A stretch of DNA of 55,864 nt from an uncultured bacterium. GTDB taxonomy: Bacteria > Cyanobacteriota > Vampirovibrionia > Obscuribacterales > Obscuribacteraceae. The translations under genes and the position numbers were made by a program. Location: positions 1-55,864 of the forward strand of contig CAJXZK010000001.1 in the NCBI GenBank assembly GCA_913063055.1. The letters run 5' to 3'. Shown here one piece after another: positions 27,032 through 37,384 of the stretch (positions are counted from its first letter, which is position 1; every line of letters starts with the position of its first letter). Under the pieces are notes generated by a model. It searched no databases, was not told the DNA's origin, and saw only the letters and a program-made list of their open reading frames with translations.

Positions 27032-29041
27032 ATGCAGAAATCATTTTTTTACTCAGAGCCAGATCCAAACTCCGATTCAAAATCGCAGCCAGCGATTAGC
27101 TTTGAAGTTCTAGACATTGAAGCTGTAAGCATCGAAGCTGGCATTGCGAAAGACGCCGGTGCTGGCGACACCGAAGATGATTCGGTGCAGAGAATTACTC
27201 TTGCAGCCCCAGAGATTCACACCTGCGATGTACTAGTTGCTGGCGGTGGCATGGGCGGAATCGCAGCAGCCCTTGAGGCGAGTAAGAGCCTAACAACCAT
27301 ACTGACCGAAGAGACAACTTGGCTTGGTGGTCAAATGACCAGCCAAGGAGTCTGCGCTCTGGACGAAAACAAATACGTAGAGAGTACCGGAGCCTGTAAA
27401 AGTTATCTCGATATGCGCGAGGCTATTCGCCAGGCTTATAGAGATACAGGCAAACTGACAACAGCGGCAGCCAACGACCCTCTTCTGCATCCTGGCAGAT
27501 CATGGGTAACCAGGCTGGCTTTCGAGCCAGAAATAGCGCTTCCGGTGCTCGACAATCTACTGTTACCTGGGGTCAACAGTGGCAAACTAAAAATTATGCA
27601 GCGGCTCAAAGCTATAGCAGTGGCCAGACAAAGTGCCATTCAAGCCGTACTTTTTGTTGACCTCGATACTGGTGCTTTTCATGAAGTGCAACCGCGCATA
27701 GTTATCGATGCCACAGAACTGGGCGACTTACTTAGCCTGGCAAAAATACCTTACAAAACTGGCTCAGACAGCCGCTTAGATACTGGTGAAAACCACGCAC
27801 CACTTGAAGGCGATAGCGAGAACGTGCAAGATTTTGTCTATCCCTTTGTTCTGGAATATCATCCAGGCAAAAGTTTCGTCATTGAAAAACCAGCAGACTA
27901 TGACCAGTTTCTCGCCGCTGGCAAATTCTCATTTGATGGCTATCACATGTTCGAAGAAGTAGATGACTTCAGCACAGGCGAGAAGCGACACTTACTGCCA
28001 TTCTGGACCTATCGTCGCCTGATCGACAAAGCTCTCTTCCAGCCTGGCTGTTATGCCTCAGATGTATCAATGATCAATTGGGACAGCAACGACCTGCGCG
28101 ACAAAAACATAATAGACAAGCCAGCGTCCGTACAAAGAGACTATTTAGCCCTGGCTAAGAGGCTCAGCTTAGGCTTTCTCTACTGGTTACAAACAGAGGC
28201 CAGTCGCGACCATAACAAAGAAAGCGATGACCAATTAGGCAGTGACAAATCAGTCAAGGGATATCCAGAATTAAAACTGGTAAAAAATGTTCTTGGCACC
28301 GCCGATGGTTTGTCAATGCATCCATATATTCGCGAGGCTCGCAGACTGGTAGCAAAAACAATTGTCTGCGAACAAGATATTGTCGAGTCCTGCAACAGCG
28401 GTGCCAGAGCCAGACTCTTCGATGACTCAATAGGCATTGGCTTATACCCGGTAGATATTCATGGCCGCCAGGAAATACCAGGGGCCGCACAAGCAGCTAA
28501 GCCCTTTCAAATTCCACTCGGCGCGCTAATCACTGAAAACTGTCTCAATTATATTGCCGCTTGCAAAAATATTGGGGTCACCCATATAACCAATGGCGCC
28601 TATCGTCTGCATCCCGTTGAATGGGCAATTGGCTCAGCTGCTGGCACACTAGCAGCCATCTATTTAAGTCGCAACCAGTTTGGCGAACAACAACTACTGT
28701 CCGCCAGAGACCTACTAGCAGTGCAATTGGCCTTAACCGCTCCAAGCTGTGGCGCTCCGATCTTCTGGTTTGATGACGTGCCGCCAAGCCACGAACACTT
28801 CCAGGCTATTCAGATCATGTCAGTCACAGCTATTATTGAGTGCAATCAGTTTAGCCTCAGCTTTGAACCAGAGGAATTGGTTACAGCCAAAGAAGTCGAC
28901 CAGGCTGTAGCCCGCCTCAGTAAGTACTGCAGTAGCCTAAATCAAGATTTGAATCTTAAAATTAAAGTCGGCAGCCAACTCTCCCGGGCGGAACTGGCAG
29001 ACGTCTTGCTGCGCGCCCTCAAGCTCGCCCTGCATCTTTAA
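27032..29041 (+). CDS. FAD-dependent oxidoreductase with an SLH-like C-terminus
   Basis: DVLVAGGGMGG, WLGGQMTSQGV, IDATELGD, YIREARR, NGAYRLHPVEW; FDDVPPSH near the C-terminus. Confidence 0.88.
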   Translation: MQKSFFYSEPDPNSDSKSQPAISFEVLDIEAVSIEAGIAKDAGAGDTEDDSVQRITLAAPEIHTCDVLVAGGGMGGIAAALEASKSLTTILTEETTWLGGQMTSQGVCALDENKYVESTGACKSYLDMREAIRQAYRDTGKLTTAAANDPLLHPGRSWVTRLAFEPEIALPVLDNLLLPGVNSGKLKIMQRLKAIAVARQSAIQAVLFVDLDTGAFHEVQPRIVIDATELGDLLSLAKIPYKTGSDSRLDTGENHAPLEGDSENVQDFVYPFVLEYHPGKSFVIEKPADYDQFLAAGKFSFDGYHMFEEVDDFSTGEKRHLLPFWTYRRLIDKALFQPGCYASDVSMINWDSNDLRDKNIIDKPASVQRDYLALAKRLSLGFLYWLQTEASRDHNKESDDQLGSDKSVKGYPELKLVKNVLGTADGLSMHPYIREARRLVAKTIVCEQDIVESCNSGARARLFDDSIGIGLYPVDIHGRQEIPGAAQAAKPFQIPLGALITENCLNYIAACKNIGVTHITNGAYRLHPVEWAIGSAAGTLAAIYLSRNQFGEQQLLSARDLLAVQLALTAPSCGAPIFWFDDVPPSHEHFQAIQIMSVTAIIECNQFSLSFEPEELVTAKEVDQAVARLSKYCSSLNQDLNLKIKVGSQLSRAELADVLLRALKLALHL

Positions 29042-29123
29042 AGACTGTGCAAATGCACATATGAACCGACTGGCAAAATTCATAACATGGTGACATCAAC
29101 CACCAAGCCAGGAGCGACAGACA

Positions 29124-29711
29124 ATGAGAGCAGATTCTAGCGACAGACAAATTTCTTCCGGCTCAACCGAACCTGGTAATTTTCGCTCACACTACAGTTC
29201 AGAACTCCTCGACCCTGCGCAACAGATTGGTAGACTGCCAGCGCATAGTGCAGCACTGCGAGAGGCGGAGCGCGCCTTAACGACCAGCGAGAAAAATTTT
29301 GATGATACGGCAAAACTTTCGTCAAGAATTTCGGAGAATCCTTCTGGTTTACCAAAACTAGAGATTCACTTTGACGACAAAATCAATTACTTTGCCGAGC
29401 ACAGCCTGGTGGTCGACAAAGCCAGAAGAATCGCTTTCGACTTTGAGCACAACCCTCAAATAGCCAAAGCGGTATGGGGCGGCGGAATGGTGACAATGGC
29501 AGCCGCAGCCATAGGCATTGGCATACTGAAAAACCCGACAGCAGCAGCATATCTAGCCGGTACTGGATCTGAAGCCTTAGGCTTTGGTGCCATCGGCGGC
29601 ATGGCCGGTGGCTCCGCCATGCAATGGTGGTATACATCGGCGCAGCTTAGAGATCAGCTGCCATCTAGCCGTCTTCCAGAATTTAAAGCAGTAAGAATGT
29701 ATCAAGAGTAA
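29124..29711 (+). CDS. Hypothetical protein: polar leader plus two Gly-rich hydrophobic segments
   Basis: AGGAG RBS; GLPKLEIH motif; glycine-zipper-like TM hairpin. Confidence 0.7.
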   Translation: MRADSSDRQISSGSTEPGNFRSHYSSELLDPAQQIGRLPAHSAALREAERALTTSEKNFDDTAKLSSRISENPSGLPKLEIHFDDKINYFAEHSLVVDKARRIAFDFEHNPQIAKAVWGGGMVTMAAAAIGIGILKNPTAAAYLAGTGSEALGFGAIGGMAGGSAMQWWYTSAQLRDQLPSSRLPEFKAVRMYQE

Positions 29712-29744
29712 AACCCAAAATTGCCACAAGAAGCAGACCCGCAG

Positions 29745-30821
29745 TCACTTCGAGCGCAAATCGGAGACACCAGGCAACTTTGTTTTCAGCACAGAACTGT
29801 CTTGGTCATTCAAATACTTATCGAGAAATGCCAAACAATATTGCGTAATCAAATCTTGCTTAACCTTATCGTGATTGAAAGTAGTCCAGCCCAAATGGCC
29901 CATTTTGTCGAACTCAACAAAATAAGCTGGTGCTCCAGTTTTGGCAAAAGCACCAGCGGGTTTCTTAACTGAAGGTGTGATACCAAAATCACGAGTGCCA
30001 CCTTGATACATAACGGGCAGATCCAGACTTGCCAAATTGCCAGAAGCAAGATACGGCTGACAATAAGGAGACATAGCAATAACAGCTTTTACTCCAGGCA
30101 ACTTCCAGCTCGGCCAAGCCCCAGCAAGTCCTAGAACTGTGTATCCACCCAATGAATGACCTACTAAAGCAATTCGCTTCCAATCTATTAAACTGTCAAA
30201 ATTGGCGTCACAATGAAGGGCACTAACAAGCTTTGCTATGTCATCTCGCCTATCTCTGTAGGTTGCATCGCTCCAGTTTTCAGAATGACGGAAACTCTCT
30301 TGGGAGCTGGATTGCAAGCTGGCATCGGAGCTAGCACGTGAGTTAGCACGTGAGCTAGCAGGGGAACCAGCGGGGGAACCTGTACGACCTGCGTCTCTAT
30401 GATTTGGAGCAATAACTAAATAGCCAGCTTGAGCCATGGCTTGCATTAGAAACTCGCTCTGGGTGTTGCGCCCATGGAAGCCATGGGAAAATATTACCAG
30501 CGGAAACGGACCACGCCCCCTGGGCTGCCAGACCGCCACATCTAGGCCCTCAATTTTGGCAGTGCTAGCTTGTCTTGGAGCGACGACAGAAACAGCCGGC
30601 GCAGCAGGCAGAGTTCCAGAAGATAAGCCTGTCTGAGAATCATTTTGCCGGCTCTGAATTCTTTGCCGCAAGCGCTCTCTAAACTGCCCCTGGGCTGAAA
30701 CAGGCAATACAACCGAAACTGAGATCAAAATTGCAGCTACCATTAGGCCTGTACAAGCCAACAAAAGAGCTGAAAAGACTCTGGGGCAATGGTCGACTGG
30801 AGTAGTTTTAAGGGAGGGCAT
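29745..30821 (-). CDS. Exported alpha/beta hydrolase (dienelactone hydrolase/PAF-AH-like)
   Basis: Signal peptide; FSHG, GHSLGG nucleophile elbow, GTRD, GH. Confidence 0.88.
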   Translation of the reverse strand: MPSLKTTPVDHCPRVFSALLLACTGLMVAAILISVSVVLPVSAQGQFRERLRQRIQSRQNDSQTGLSSGTLPAAPAVSVVAPRQASTAKIEGLDVAVWQPRGRGPFPLVIFSHGFHGRNTQSEFLMQAMAQAGYLVIAPNHRDAGRTGSPAGSPASSRANSRASSDASLQSSSQESFRHSENWSDATYRDRRDDIAKLVSALHCDANFDSLIDWKRIALVGHSLGGYTVLGLAGAWPSWKLPGVKAVIAMSPYCQPYLASGNLASLDLPVMYQGGTRDFGITPSVKKPAGAFAKTGAPAYFVEFDKMGHLGWTTFNHDKVKQDLITQYCLAFLDKYLNDQDSSVLKTKLPGVSDLRSK

Positions 30822-31017
30822 GGTTTTCTCTCAAATCGGCAAGCATGCAAACAAAACTCATAGACTACAACTACCTACGTAACCTGCGGCCCAAAAGTTT
30901 CAGCGGATGCAAAGACGAATAAACGGTTCAATCCCGCTTATAATGCTGGAGACCCTGAATATTGCCGCCTAATGACATATCCACAAGAGATAAAGCAAGA
31001 GGCAAAGTGGAGGCATA

Positions 31018-31779
31018 ATGCTCACGAAAACAGAAAATCTTTTATCGATTAAAGACACAGCTGCCATTCTAAACCTCGATAAAAAGTCTGTACGCGAACG
31101 ACTAATGAACGGCCAATTGCTTGGCGAGAAAAAAATAGTTGGCGATCGTGAAAAATGGTTTGTTCATAGCCATTCAGTCGAAAGCACTCTGGCCAAGCGC
31201 CGCTCCTCTCAGCCTCAGATTCAGAACCAAACGGCAAAAACCAGCCAGGATCATTCTAGTCATGCCGGTCATTCCAGTCATTCCGGACAAGCAGATTCAG
31301 CTCTGCAAATTCTCAATGTAATAACTGCCACCGCCGTTGAAGCCGACTTAGAAAGTAGTCTCAATCAAGAAACTAGTTTACCCATACGTCACAGCGCATC
31401 AGAAGTACTGCGCGGCGAATGGTATCAACAAGAAAAGGCACGCATCGAAGACTTTATTGAACATGCCATCAGCGAACAAGTACTTCAGCCACTGGTTGAT
31501 AGGCTCAGTGCCGAAGCTGCCAAACAAATTGCCGCTGCTACCAAAGCAGCCAACGACGAATTGGAAGTTGAACGACTAAAAGCAAAGCGGCTTGAAGAGA
31601 GAGTCTTCGAACTGCATGAGGCCAAGGTTGAACTCGAAGTTTCAATGCATCAAGAGATTGAATTGCTTCAACTAGAAAACCAAGCCAGAGAAAACTCAGT
31701 GGTGGAACAACTGACAGCCTTGACGCAAAAGTTAGAAGAACTTGAGCGCCCCTGGTGGAAGAGAATCTTCGGCAGATAG
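31018..31779 (+). CDS. HTH (MerR/Xis-like) + coiled-coil protein with a C-terminal amphipathic helix
   Basis: GGAGG RBS; LSIKDTAAILNLDKKSVRERL; ends PWWKRIFGR. Confidence 0.8.
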   Translation: MLTKTENLLSIKDTAAILNLDKKSVRERLMNGQLLGEKKIVGDREKWFVHSHSVESTLAKRRSSQPQIQNQTAKTSQDHSSHAGHSSHSGQADSALQILNVITATAVEADLESSLNQETSLPIRHSASEVLRGEWYQQEKARIEDFIEHAISEQVLQPLVDRLSAEAAKQIAAATKAANDELEVERLKAKRLEERVFELHEAKVELEVSMHQEIELLQLENQARENSVVEQLTALTQKLEELERPWWKRIFGR

Positions 31780-31967
31780 TCAGTGTCTTGTGCATAAGTG
31801 TATATACAAACGAATATGCCGAAGCTGAAACTGTAGTTCAAGCGCTTGGCTATCAGATTAGATATCGATCGCAAGACTAAGAGCGGCCCTTCGAATTGTC
31901 AGCAGATATACAAAGTATTTTCATCGGGGGACTTCCAATAGATTTTTGCTCGGATATACTAATTACA

Positions 31968-32140
31968 TAAGCGGTGAGCACCCACCAATAAATAAGTTGA
32001 GTGCTTTGAGCCGAGGGGTTAAGTGGAAACGCTAGGTCTGCGCAGACCGGAAACTGTAGTGATAACCCGCTAGCTGTGGATTCTGACTTGAAGCAGCAAG
32101 AAATATCGAGCCTACGCAATAGGCAGTCAGACGATAGTGA
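31968..32140 (+). ncRNA. Putative unclassified structured ncRNA
   Basis: Nested helices GAGCAC/GTGCTT, GGGTTA/TAACCC, AGTG-GAAA-CGCT, GGTCT/AGACC, TCTGAC/GTCAGA, GCCTA/TAGGC; lies between a promoter-like sequence and a terminator. Confidence 0.55.
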
Positions 32141-32175
32141 AAAAGCCACCGCAGATTTATCTGGGTGGCTTTTTT
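32140..32175. terminator. Bidirectional Rho-independent terminator
   Basis: AAAAAGCCACC...GGTGGCTTTTTT. Confidence 0.8.
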
Positions 32176-32285
32176 GTCGCCCAACAAAACTCTGACTTAT
32201 CGCATTTTGTAGTTTCCAAAACAGTCATTTATTCTTCAAAAAATCTGACAGTTTTGGCGAGCTAAAGCAGAAGCCCATTGCCTGA

Positions 32286-32348
32286 CTAAATCAAAGCAAC
32301 AAGTAGCTAAATCAAGGCCACCAGTAGCTAACTCAAAGCCACAACTAG
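32286..32348. repeat. Degenerate 21-bp intergenic tandem repeat x3
   Basis: CTAAATCAAAGCAACAAGTAG / CTAAATCAAGGCCACCAGTAG / CTAACTCAAAGCCACAACTAG. Confidence 0.7.
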
Positions 32349-32388
32349 CCAAGACAATATCAAGTCAAGCTGAGAACAAGAACAAAAG

Positions 32389-35300
32389 CTAGAACGAGAA
32401 CAAGAATTCCAGATCTTCTTGAGTCAATTCTTTAGCGACACTATCATCGCCACCAATAATCAAATCAGCTAGCTCTTTCTTCTTCTGTTGCAAAGCCAAT
32501 ATCTTTTCTTCAACAGTTCCACGAGTAATCAACTTGTAGTTGAACACGTGGCGAGTCTGGCCGATTCGGTGGGCTCGGTCAGTAGCTTGGTTTTCTACTG
32601 CTGGGTTCCACCATGGGTCATAGTGAATAACATAGTCAGCACCAGTCAAGTTGAGACCGGTACCACCAGCTTTCAAACTGATCAAGAAAATCGGAATAGA
32701 AGGTGTCTGGTTGAAGCGCTCGACGCGATCAAGTCTTTCTTTAGCCGGTGTTTGGCCATCAAGATATTCGTAGGTATATCCGGCCTTCTCCAATTCTTTG
32801 CGAATGATGGCTAGCATTTCCACAAACTGGCTGAAGATCAAGATTTTGTGGCCTTCGTCGACGACTTCGCCAATCATAGCTAGCAAAGCATCAAGCTTGG
32901 CCGACTGGTCGGTTGCTTTCTCTCTGTTTTTCAAGAGACGGGGATCACAACAAACTTGGCGCAGGCGCAGAAGTTCCGCAAGAATTGAAATCGATGACCG
33001 TTTAATACCGCGAGAAGCCACTTCGTTAAAGACGCGCTGACGACATTCGTCAAGAACATCAAGATAAAGCGAACGCTGCTCATCATCAAACTCACAGAGT
33101 TGAATAATATCTGTTCTGTCGGGCAAATCTTTCTCTACCTGACTCTTCAAGCGGCGCAAAATAAAGGGATGAACTGTCTTGCGCAGTTTCATACCAGCGC
33201 CATCCAGTCCAGCTTCAATCGGCCTTTCAAAGACTTCGTTGAAGTCTTTGTACTGACCAAGAAAATCAGGCATAAGGAAGTCGAAGAGCGACCACAATTC
33301 TTTCAGCCTGTTCTCTACCGGTGTACCAGACAAGGCCAGACGGTGGAAAGCCTTGATACTCTTAGCGGCAATGGCGCCTACTGACTCGGGGTTCTTAATA
33401 TTCTGGGCTTCATCGAGAATGAGAAACTCGAACTGAATATTCTTCAACTGTTCATAGTCACGACGGATGATACCGTAGGTAGTGAAAATCACATGGGGCT
33501 TATTGGTGCTTTCCTTGCCAAGACGCTTGAGCATCTCGCCACGATCGCGGCCCATGAACAAAGCGGTCTTGAGGTCAGGCACAAACTTGGATGCTTCCGA
33601 CAACCAGTTATAAACCACTGAAGTAGGCGCCACCACCAAAGCCGGTGCTCTATCGGCCTTGCCTTTACCTTGATAGTGCTTCAGTAACATTGCCAGAGTT
33701 TGGATAGTTTTACCCAAGCCCATGTCATCAGCGAGAATGCCTGCCAGTCCATATTCCCGCAAGAACATCAACCAGTTACAGCCTTCTTTCTGATACTCGC
33801 GCAACTCGCCTTTGAAATCTTTCGGCAATTCAAATGGCGGCAATTCACGGAAGTGGTGAATTTTGTGAATGAACTCTTCAAAGCCCTTATCAGCTTCAAC
33901 AGGAATCTCTTGAGTTTCTAAAGCATGCAAAATTCCCAGCGCTTGATAGAGAGGACGGGCACTGTCTTTGCTTTGACCAATAGACTTAAGAAGACCCATC
34001 AAAGTGGGCGTCGGTACACGCACATAGTCGCCATCAGATAATTTCAAATAACTGCGGTTTCTAAATAGCGCTTCAATGACCAGAGGGAATGGCACCTCTT
34101 CATCGCCAGCAGAGCAAAGCAGATCAAACTCGAACTTGTAAGAATCTTTTTTCAGCGACAACTTGGCCTTCAGAGCCAACTCTTCTTTTCTTACACGATA
34201 GGCACTGAGCGTTTCCCACCCAGCAGTATCCCAGTCAGCAGACTGCTCAGATGAAAGATGGAAAAGAGCATCAAGAGCTGGCTCTTCAACAAACGAAAAG
34301 CGATCGGCGATGGTTCGAATGGGCATCATATTGGTGAGGAAGCGGCGCACCTGGTTTTCAGGCTCCCACTGTCGTTCAACCCAAACGCTCTGACCAACTT
34401 CTGAAATTGTGCGCGTGAATTTTTCTGATTCCACGGCACTGGTCTCATCTCGCGACTGCAAAACTAAGTCGCCGTAACGGAAACCTAAGGAAACTTCTAA
34501 ACTTGAAGCCTCTGGAGCAGGCTTCTTAGTGGCTGTCGCCGAGCTGCCATGAGAAGAGATAATTGTGTTGGAAGCAGCACCGGGCAGTTTGCGCTCAGAC
34601 AGCTTAATTACAACCTGAGGCGGCTCAGTAATGGCAACAGGAAAAGGTGCTGTCGACTCATCAAGAATAACCGGCATGCGTTTCTTCAATACGGGCAAAT
34701 CGACAGAGAGGAACTTAGGCACGACTTCGAGCTTGACCACCATGTAGCCGAAGGAATCGAAGTACTGGAATGAGCGGTGAATCGCGGATAAATCGATAGG
34801 GTAGAAAGTATCTTTGGAGAGGATCCAGCTTGATGGCCCCATAAAGAACACGGGGTGTTCAACGGCCTCACCTTCTTCGGTTATGCCTTCTAGGCGCAAC
34901 ATCAGCTCGCCACTCTCAGTTTCCGATAGCACCGCGCGCGGTGTCAGTGGCTTATCGGAGAACTGTACTACCTGATTGGTAGTGGTGTTAGTTAGCTTGC
35001 AGCAAAGACTGAGGTGACCAATCACCGTACCTTCATCACCGCGCGGAATGCGGTGGCCGCCGGCTGGCCCTTTGGTTGTCTGGGGGAGACCAGTGAGATA
35101 TTTGGCCAAGCGCTGGATGCGCGAATCGGGCGGTAAGGTCGGCACAACTTCTACCGGCACCTTGAGAATGTTGACTTTGCCCTGGGGTTCGTTGGGCACG
35201 ACACCAACAATCATTGCCAGCGGCTTTTCTAGCACCAACAGGCCTAATTCGAAATCACGCTCGTCGGCAACGACCCCTTCTTCGCGGGGGTCGTCAAGCA

Positions 35301-35685
35301 ATTCTTTAGCTCGAGGACCCTTCTCTTGTGGGCTCTCACGCTTTTGCTCATCGGCCATGTCGAACCTGATGCCCGGATTATGCTTGGCAATATGAGTTAG
35401 AACAACGGCGACAGAATGCTTACAGACGTCTTCAAAATAAGGACAGGAGCAGGATGCCTTAAAGGCATTAGGCGAATCTATGTCAACGACAATTTTGTAG
35501 GCATCTTTTTCTGAACCAATGACGAGAGCCTCAATCTGAGAGCCATCCTCACTTTCAGAGTATTTCAATACTTTTTTGCGTCGATAGTATTGCACACCAC
35601 GACGATAAACCGGCTCGCTGCTAGCCTCTTGAAGGGCTGAAAGAGCGAGAGAAAGTTTTTTACCAGAACCCGAGATTTGCTTCAT
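32389..35685 (-). CDS. SWIM zinc finger-SNF2 family helicase
   Basis: CSCP...CKH SWIM; ILADDMGLGKT, DEAQ, SGTPVEN, QATDRAHRIGQ. Confidence 0.95.
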   Translation of the reverse strand: MKQISGSGKKLSLALSALQEASSEPVYRRGVQYYRRKKVLKYSESEDGSQIEALVIGSEKDAYKIVVDIDSPNAFKASCSCPYFEDVCKHSVAVVLTHIAKHNPGIRFDMADEQKRESPQEKGPRAKELLDDPREEGVVADERDFELGLLVLEKPLAMIVGVVPNEPQGKVNILKVPVEVVPTLPPDSRIQRLAKYLTGLPQTTKGPAGGHRIPRGDEGTVIGHLSLCCKLTNTTTNQVVQFSDKPLTPRAVLSETESGELMLRLEGITEEGEAVEHPVFFMGPSSWILSKDTFYPIDLSAIHRSFQYFDSFGYMVVKLEVVPKFLSVDLPVLKKRMPVILDESTAPFPVAITEPPQVVIKLSERKLPGAASNTIISSHGSSATATKKPAPEASSLEVSLGFRYGDLVLQSRDETSAVESEKFTRTISEVGQSVWVERQWEPENQVRRFLTNMMPIRTIADRFSFVEEPALDALFHLSSEQSADWDTAGWETLSAYRVRKEELALKAKLSLKKDSYKFEFDLLCSAGDEEVPFPLVIEALFRNRSYLKLSDGDYVRVPTPTLMGLLKSIGQSKDSARPLYQALGILHALETQEIPVEADKGFEEFIHKIHHFRELPPFELPKDFKGELREYQKEGCNWLMFLREYGLAGILADDMGLGKTIQTLAMLLKHYQGKGKADRAPALVVAPTSVVYNWLSEASKFVPDLKTALFMGRDRGEMLKRLGKESTNKPHVIFTTYGIIRRDYEQLKNIQFEFLILDEAQNIKNPESVGAIAAKSIKAFHRLALSGTPVENRLKELWSLFDFLMPDFLGQYKDFNEVFERPIEAGLDGAGMKLRKTVHPFILRRLKSQVEKDLPDRTDIIQLCEFDDEQRSLYLDVLDECRQRVFNEVASRGIKRSSISILAELLRLRQVCCDPRLLKNREKATDQSAKLDALLAMIGEVVDEGHKILIFSQFVEMLAIIRKELEKAGYTYEYLDGQTPAKERLDRVERFNQTPSIPIFLISLKAGGTGLNLTGADYVIHYDPWWNPAVENQATDRAHRIGQTRHVFNYKLITRGTVEEKILALQQKKKELADLIIGGDDSVAKELTQEDLEFLFSF

Positions 35686-35851
35686 GCAAAATTAGCCTTG
35701 AAAGGGCACTGCCGCAATGGGAGTACCAACAATAAGAACAACCGACCGCTTACAGCGGTGGGCGGGAGCTTTCCTAAGCGAAAGCCGAATGGTCAAGAAT
35801 TAGCTTAGCACGAGTTAGCGCCATGTTGAGAAGACCAAAGCACAAAGTATA

Positions 35852-37132
35852 TTAGCGCGGACTCATATCTATCACTTCAGCAGGGGCTGGAGCCTGTGCT
35901 GGCATGGTTCTTTGAGGGGTACGATTGAAAGCACCTTCGACAATGCGTTTCATCTCCACTTGTCTTTCTTCGAGCGAATTACAGTAATCGTGGAGAATGT
36001 CAGCCTGGCTGCGCAGGGCCTTGGCGTTGTCGGATAAATCCGGAATTAAAATCTCGATTTCTTCAAGAATAGACGATGGTGGGCTGACAGGCGGACGAAT
36101 GCGCACATGAGAGACCACTTGTTGACCGGCAGAATTGCTCAGGTTGTTAGAAGCCGACGAAGGCGGAGGAGCGGTCACAGCATTGAAGTTAGACTGCACG
36201 CCCGGCTGCCGGCCTGGCTGCATGTTCACTCCTGAACTGTTTGGATTAGCCGAACTAGCGCCATTGGCGGCCATGCTACCGGCTAGGGCGTCACGCAGAC
36301 GCTCAAGATTCTGCTTAAGGCCCACCGCACGGCGATAAGCCTGATCCGCTTCGCGCTCTAGCCAGACCTTACGTGCCTTCTGGGTGGCCAATTCATTACT
36401 CAAATGCTCTAAGGCCTTTTTGCGAATTTCAAGTTCACGTCTGACGTGCTCTACTTCTTTCTGCTTAAGCTCGAGGCCCCGGCGGCGCAAATAAACCAAC
36501 AACAGCACAACTAGCGAGAAAGCAATCGACATCATTGAGATGTAGAAATATCCACGCTTTGCGCCAGACATCTCAGCCACCCCAGTCAACAGGAAATTGC
36601 CAATATCTTCAGCGAAAGGTGGCGGCGGACTGCGCATATAGTAGATGCGACCAAGGACCTTGCCACGAACTTTGGCCCCTGTAGCTCTGGCTTTCTCCAC
36701 TCTTGGGGAATCATGGACGAATAGAGGCTCAAGCTGAGGCGGGTCAGTGATTAAATCGTAGGGCTCATTGCCTTGAGCCAAGCCCTCAGCATTGGCAAAC
36801 TTCTGCCAGGATTGCCGATGGTAAACCTTGTTGGTCTTATAAAGGACATTCTCTCCTGATGGATCTGTCAGAACGAGGCCGAACAAACCATAGTTCGAAT
36901 CTAGAGTTTTCTGTATGAGATCGTCGCGCCCCTCTTGGATCATGGCTGAGAGGGTAGTTGGAAGAGTGTGGTGGAGCAAATTAAAATCGGTGGTCTGCAC
37001 CTTGGCTATGGTACCCAGCCAGTAGCTCTGATAGTGAATTGAGCATAACGCCAGCCAACAGACTATTCCGGCCATGCAGACTACAGGCACGAGAATTCTA
37101 TTGCGGAGTGATAGCAGTAATTTATCCATCAA
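35852..37132 (-). CDS. Membrane protein: extracytoplasmic sensor-like domain between two TMs, cytoplasmic coiled coil
   Basis: TM, ~150 aa, TM, coiled coil; no kinase or other output motif visible. Confidence 0.8.
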   Translation of the reverse strand: MMDKLLLSLRNRILVPVVCMAGIVCWLALCSIHYQSYWLGTIAKVQTTDFNLLHHTLPTTLSAMIQEGRDDLIQKTLDSNYGLFGLVLTDPSGENVLYKTNKVYHRQSWQKFANAEGLAQGNEPYDLITDPPQLEPLFVHDSPRVEKARATGAKVRGKVLGRIYYMRSPPPPFAEDIGNFLLTGVAEMSGAKRGYFYISMMSIAFSLVVLLLVYLRRRGLELKQKEVEHVRRELEIRKKALEHLSNELATQKARKVWLEREADQAYRRAVGLKQNLERLRDALAGSMAANGASSANPNSSGVNMQPGRQPGVQSNFNAVTAPPPSSASNNLSNSAGQQVVSHVRIRPPVSPPSSILEEIEILIPDLSDNAKALRSQADILHDYCNSLEERQVEMKRIVEGAFNRTPQRTMPAQAPAPAEVIDMSPR

Positions 37133-37352
37133 AACGGAGTCTACACCCAGGTGTATCCATTGTACATACGTATTTTCCAGGCGTATTTTCCAGGCATAAC
37201 TTACATCCTTTTCCGGCTATGCAGCTTGCACACCTAATTTCCAGGCGAAATTACAAGGCCTGAGTTTGCCGATATTTGGCTCTTTGGCTGGCTTTTGGTT
37301 TAGAGGCCAACAAATTTCGAAAAAACATGTTAGCTATCCAACAAAAAAATAG

Positions 37353-37379
37353 GTTTATAAGTCATTGCCGCCGGGGTAT
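37353..37379 (+). promoter_or_regulatory. Candidate SigB/SigF-type promoter
   Basis: GTTTAT-N15-GGGTAT. Confidence 0.5.
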
Positions 37380-37384
37380 TAATA

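Noticed and set aside
31877..32149. 90-aa minus-strand ORF over the structured region
   Set aside because: No RBS, the start lies inside the terminator hairpin and the protein looks random; RNA structure explains the region better.
32286..32348. 21-bp repeats as a mini CRISPR array
   Set aside because: The units are directly adjacent with no spacers, are degenerate, and no cas genes are present.
32389..35685. SNF2 helicase as part of an anti-phage defence system
   Set aside because: It has the ordinary SWIM-SNF2 architecture and no neighbouring nuclease, methylase or other defence genes.
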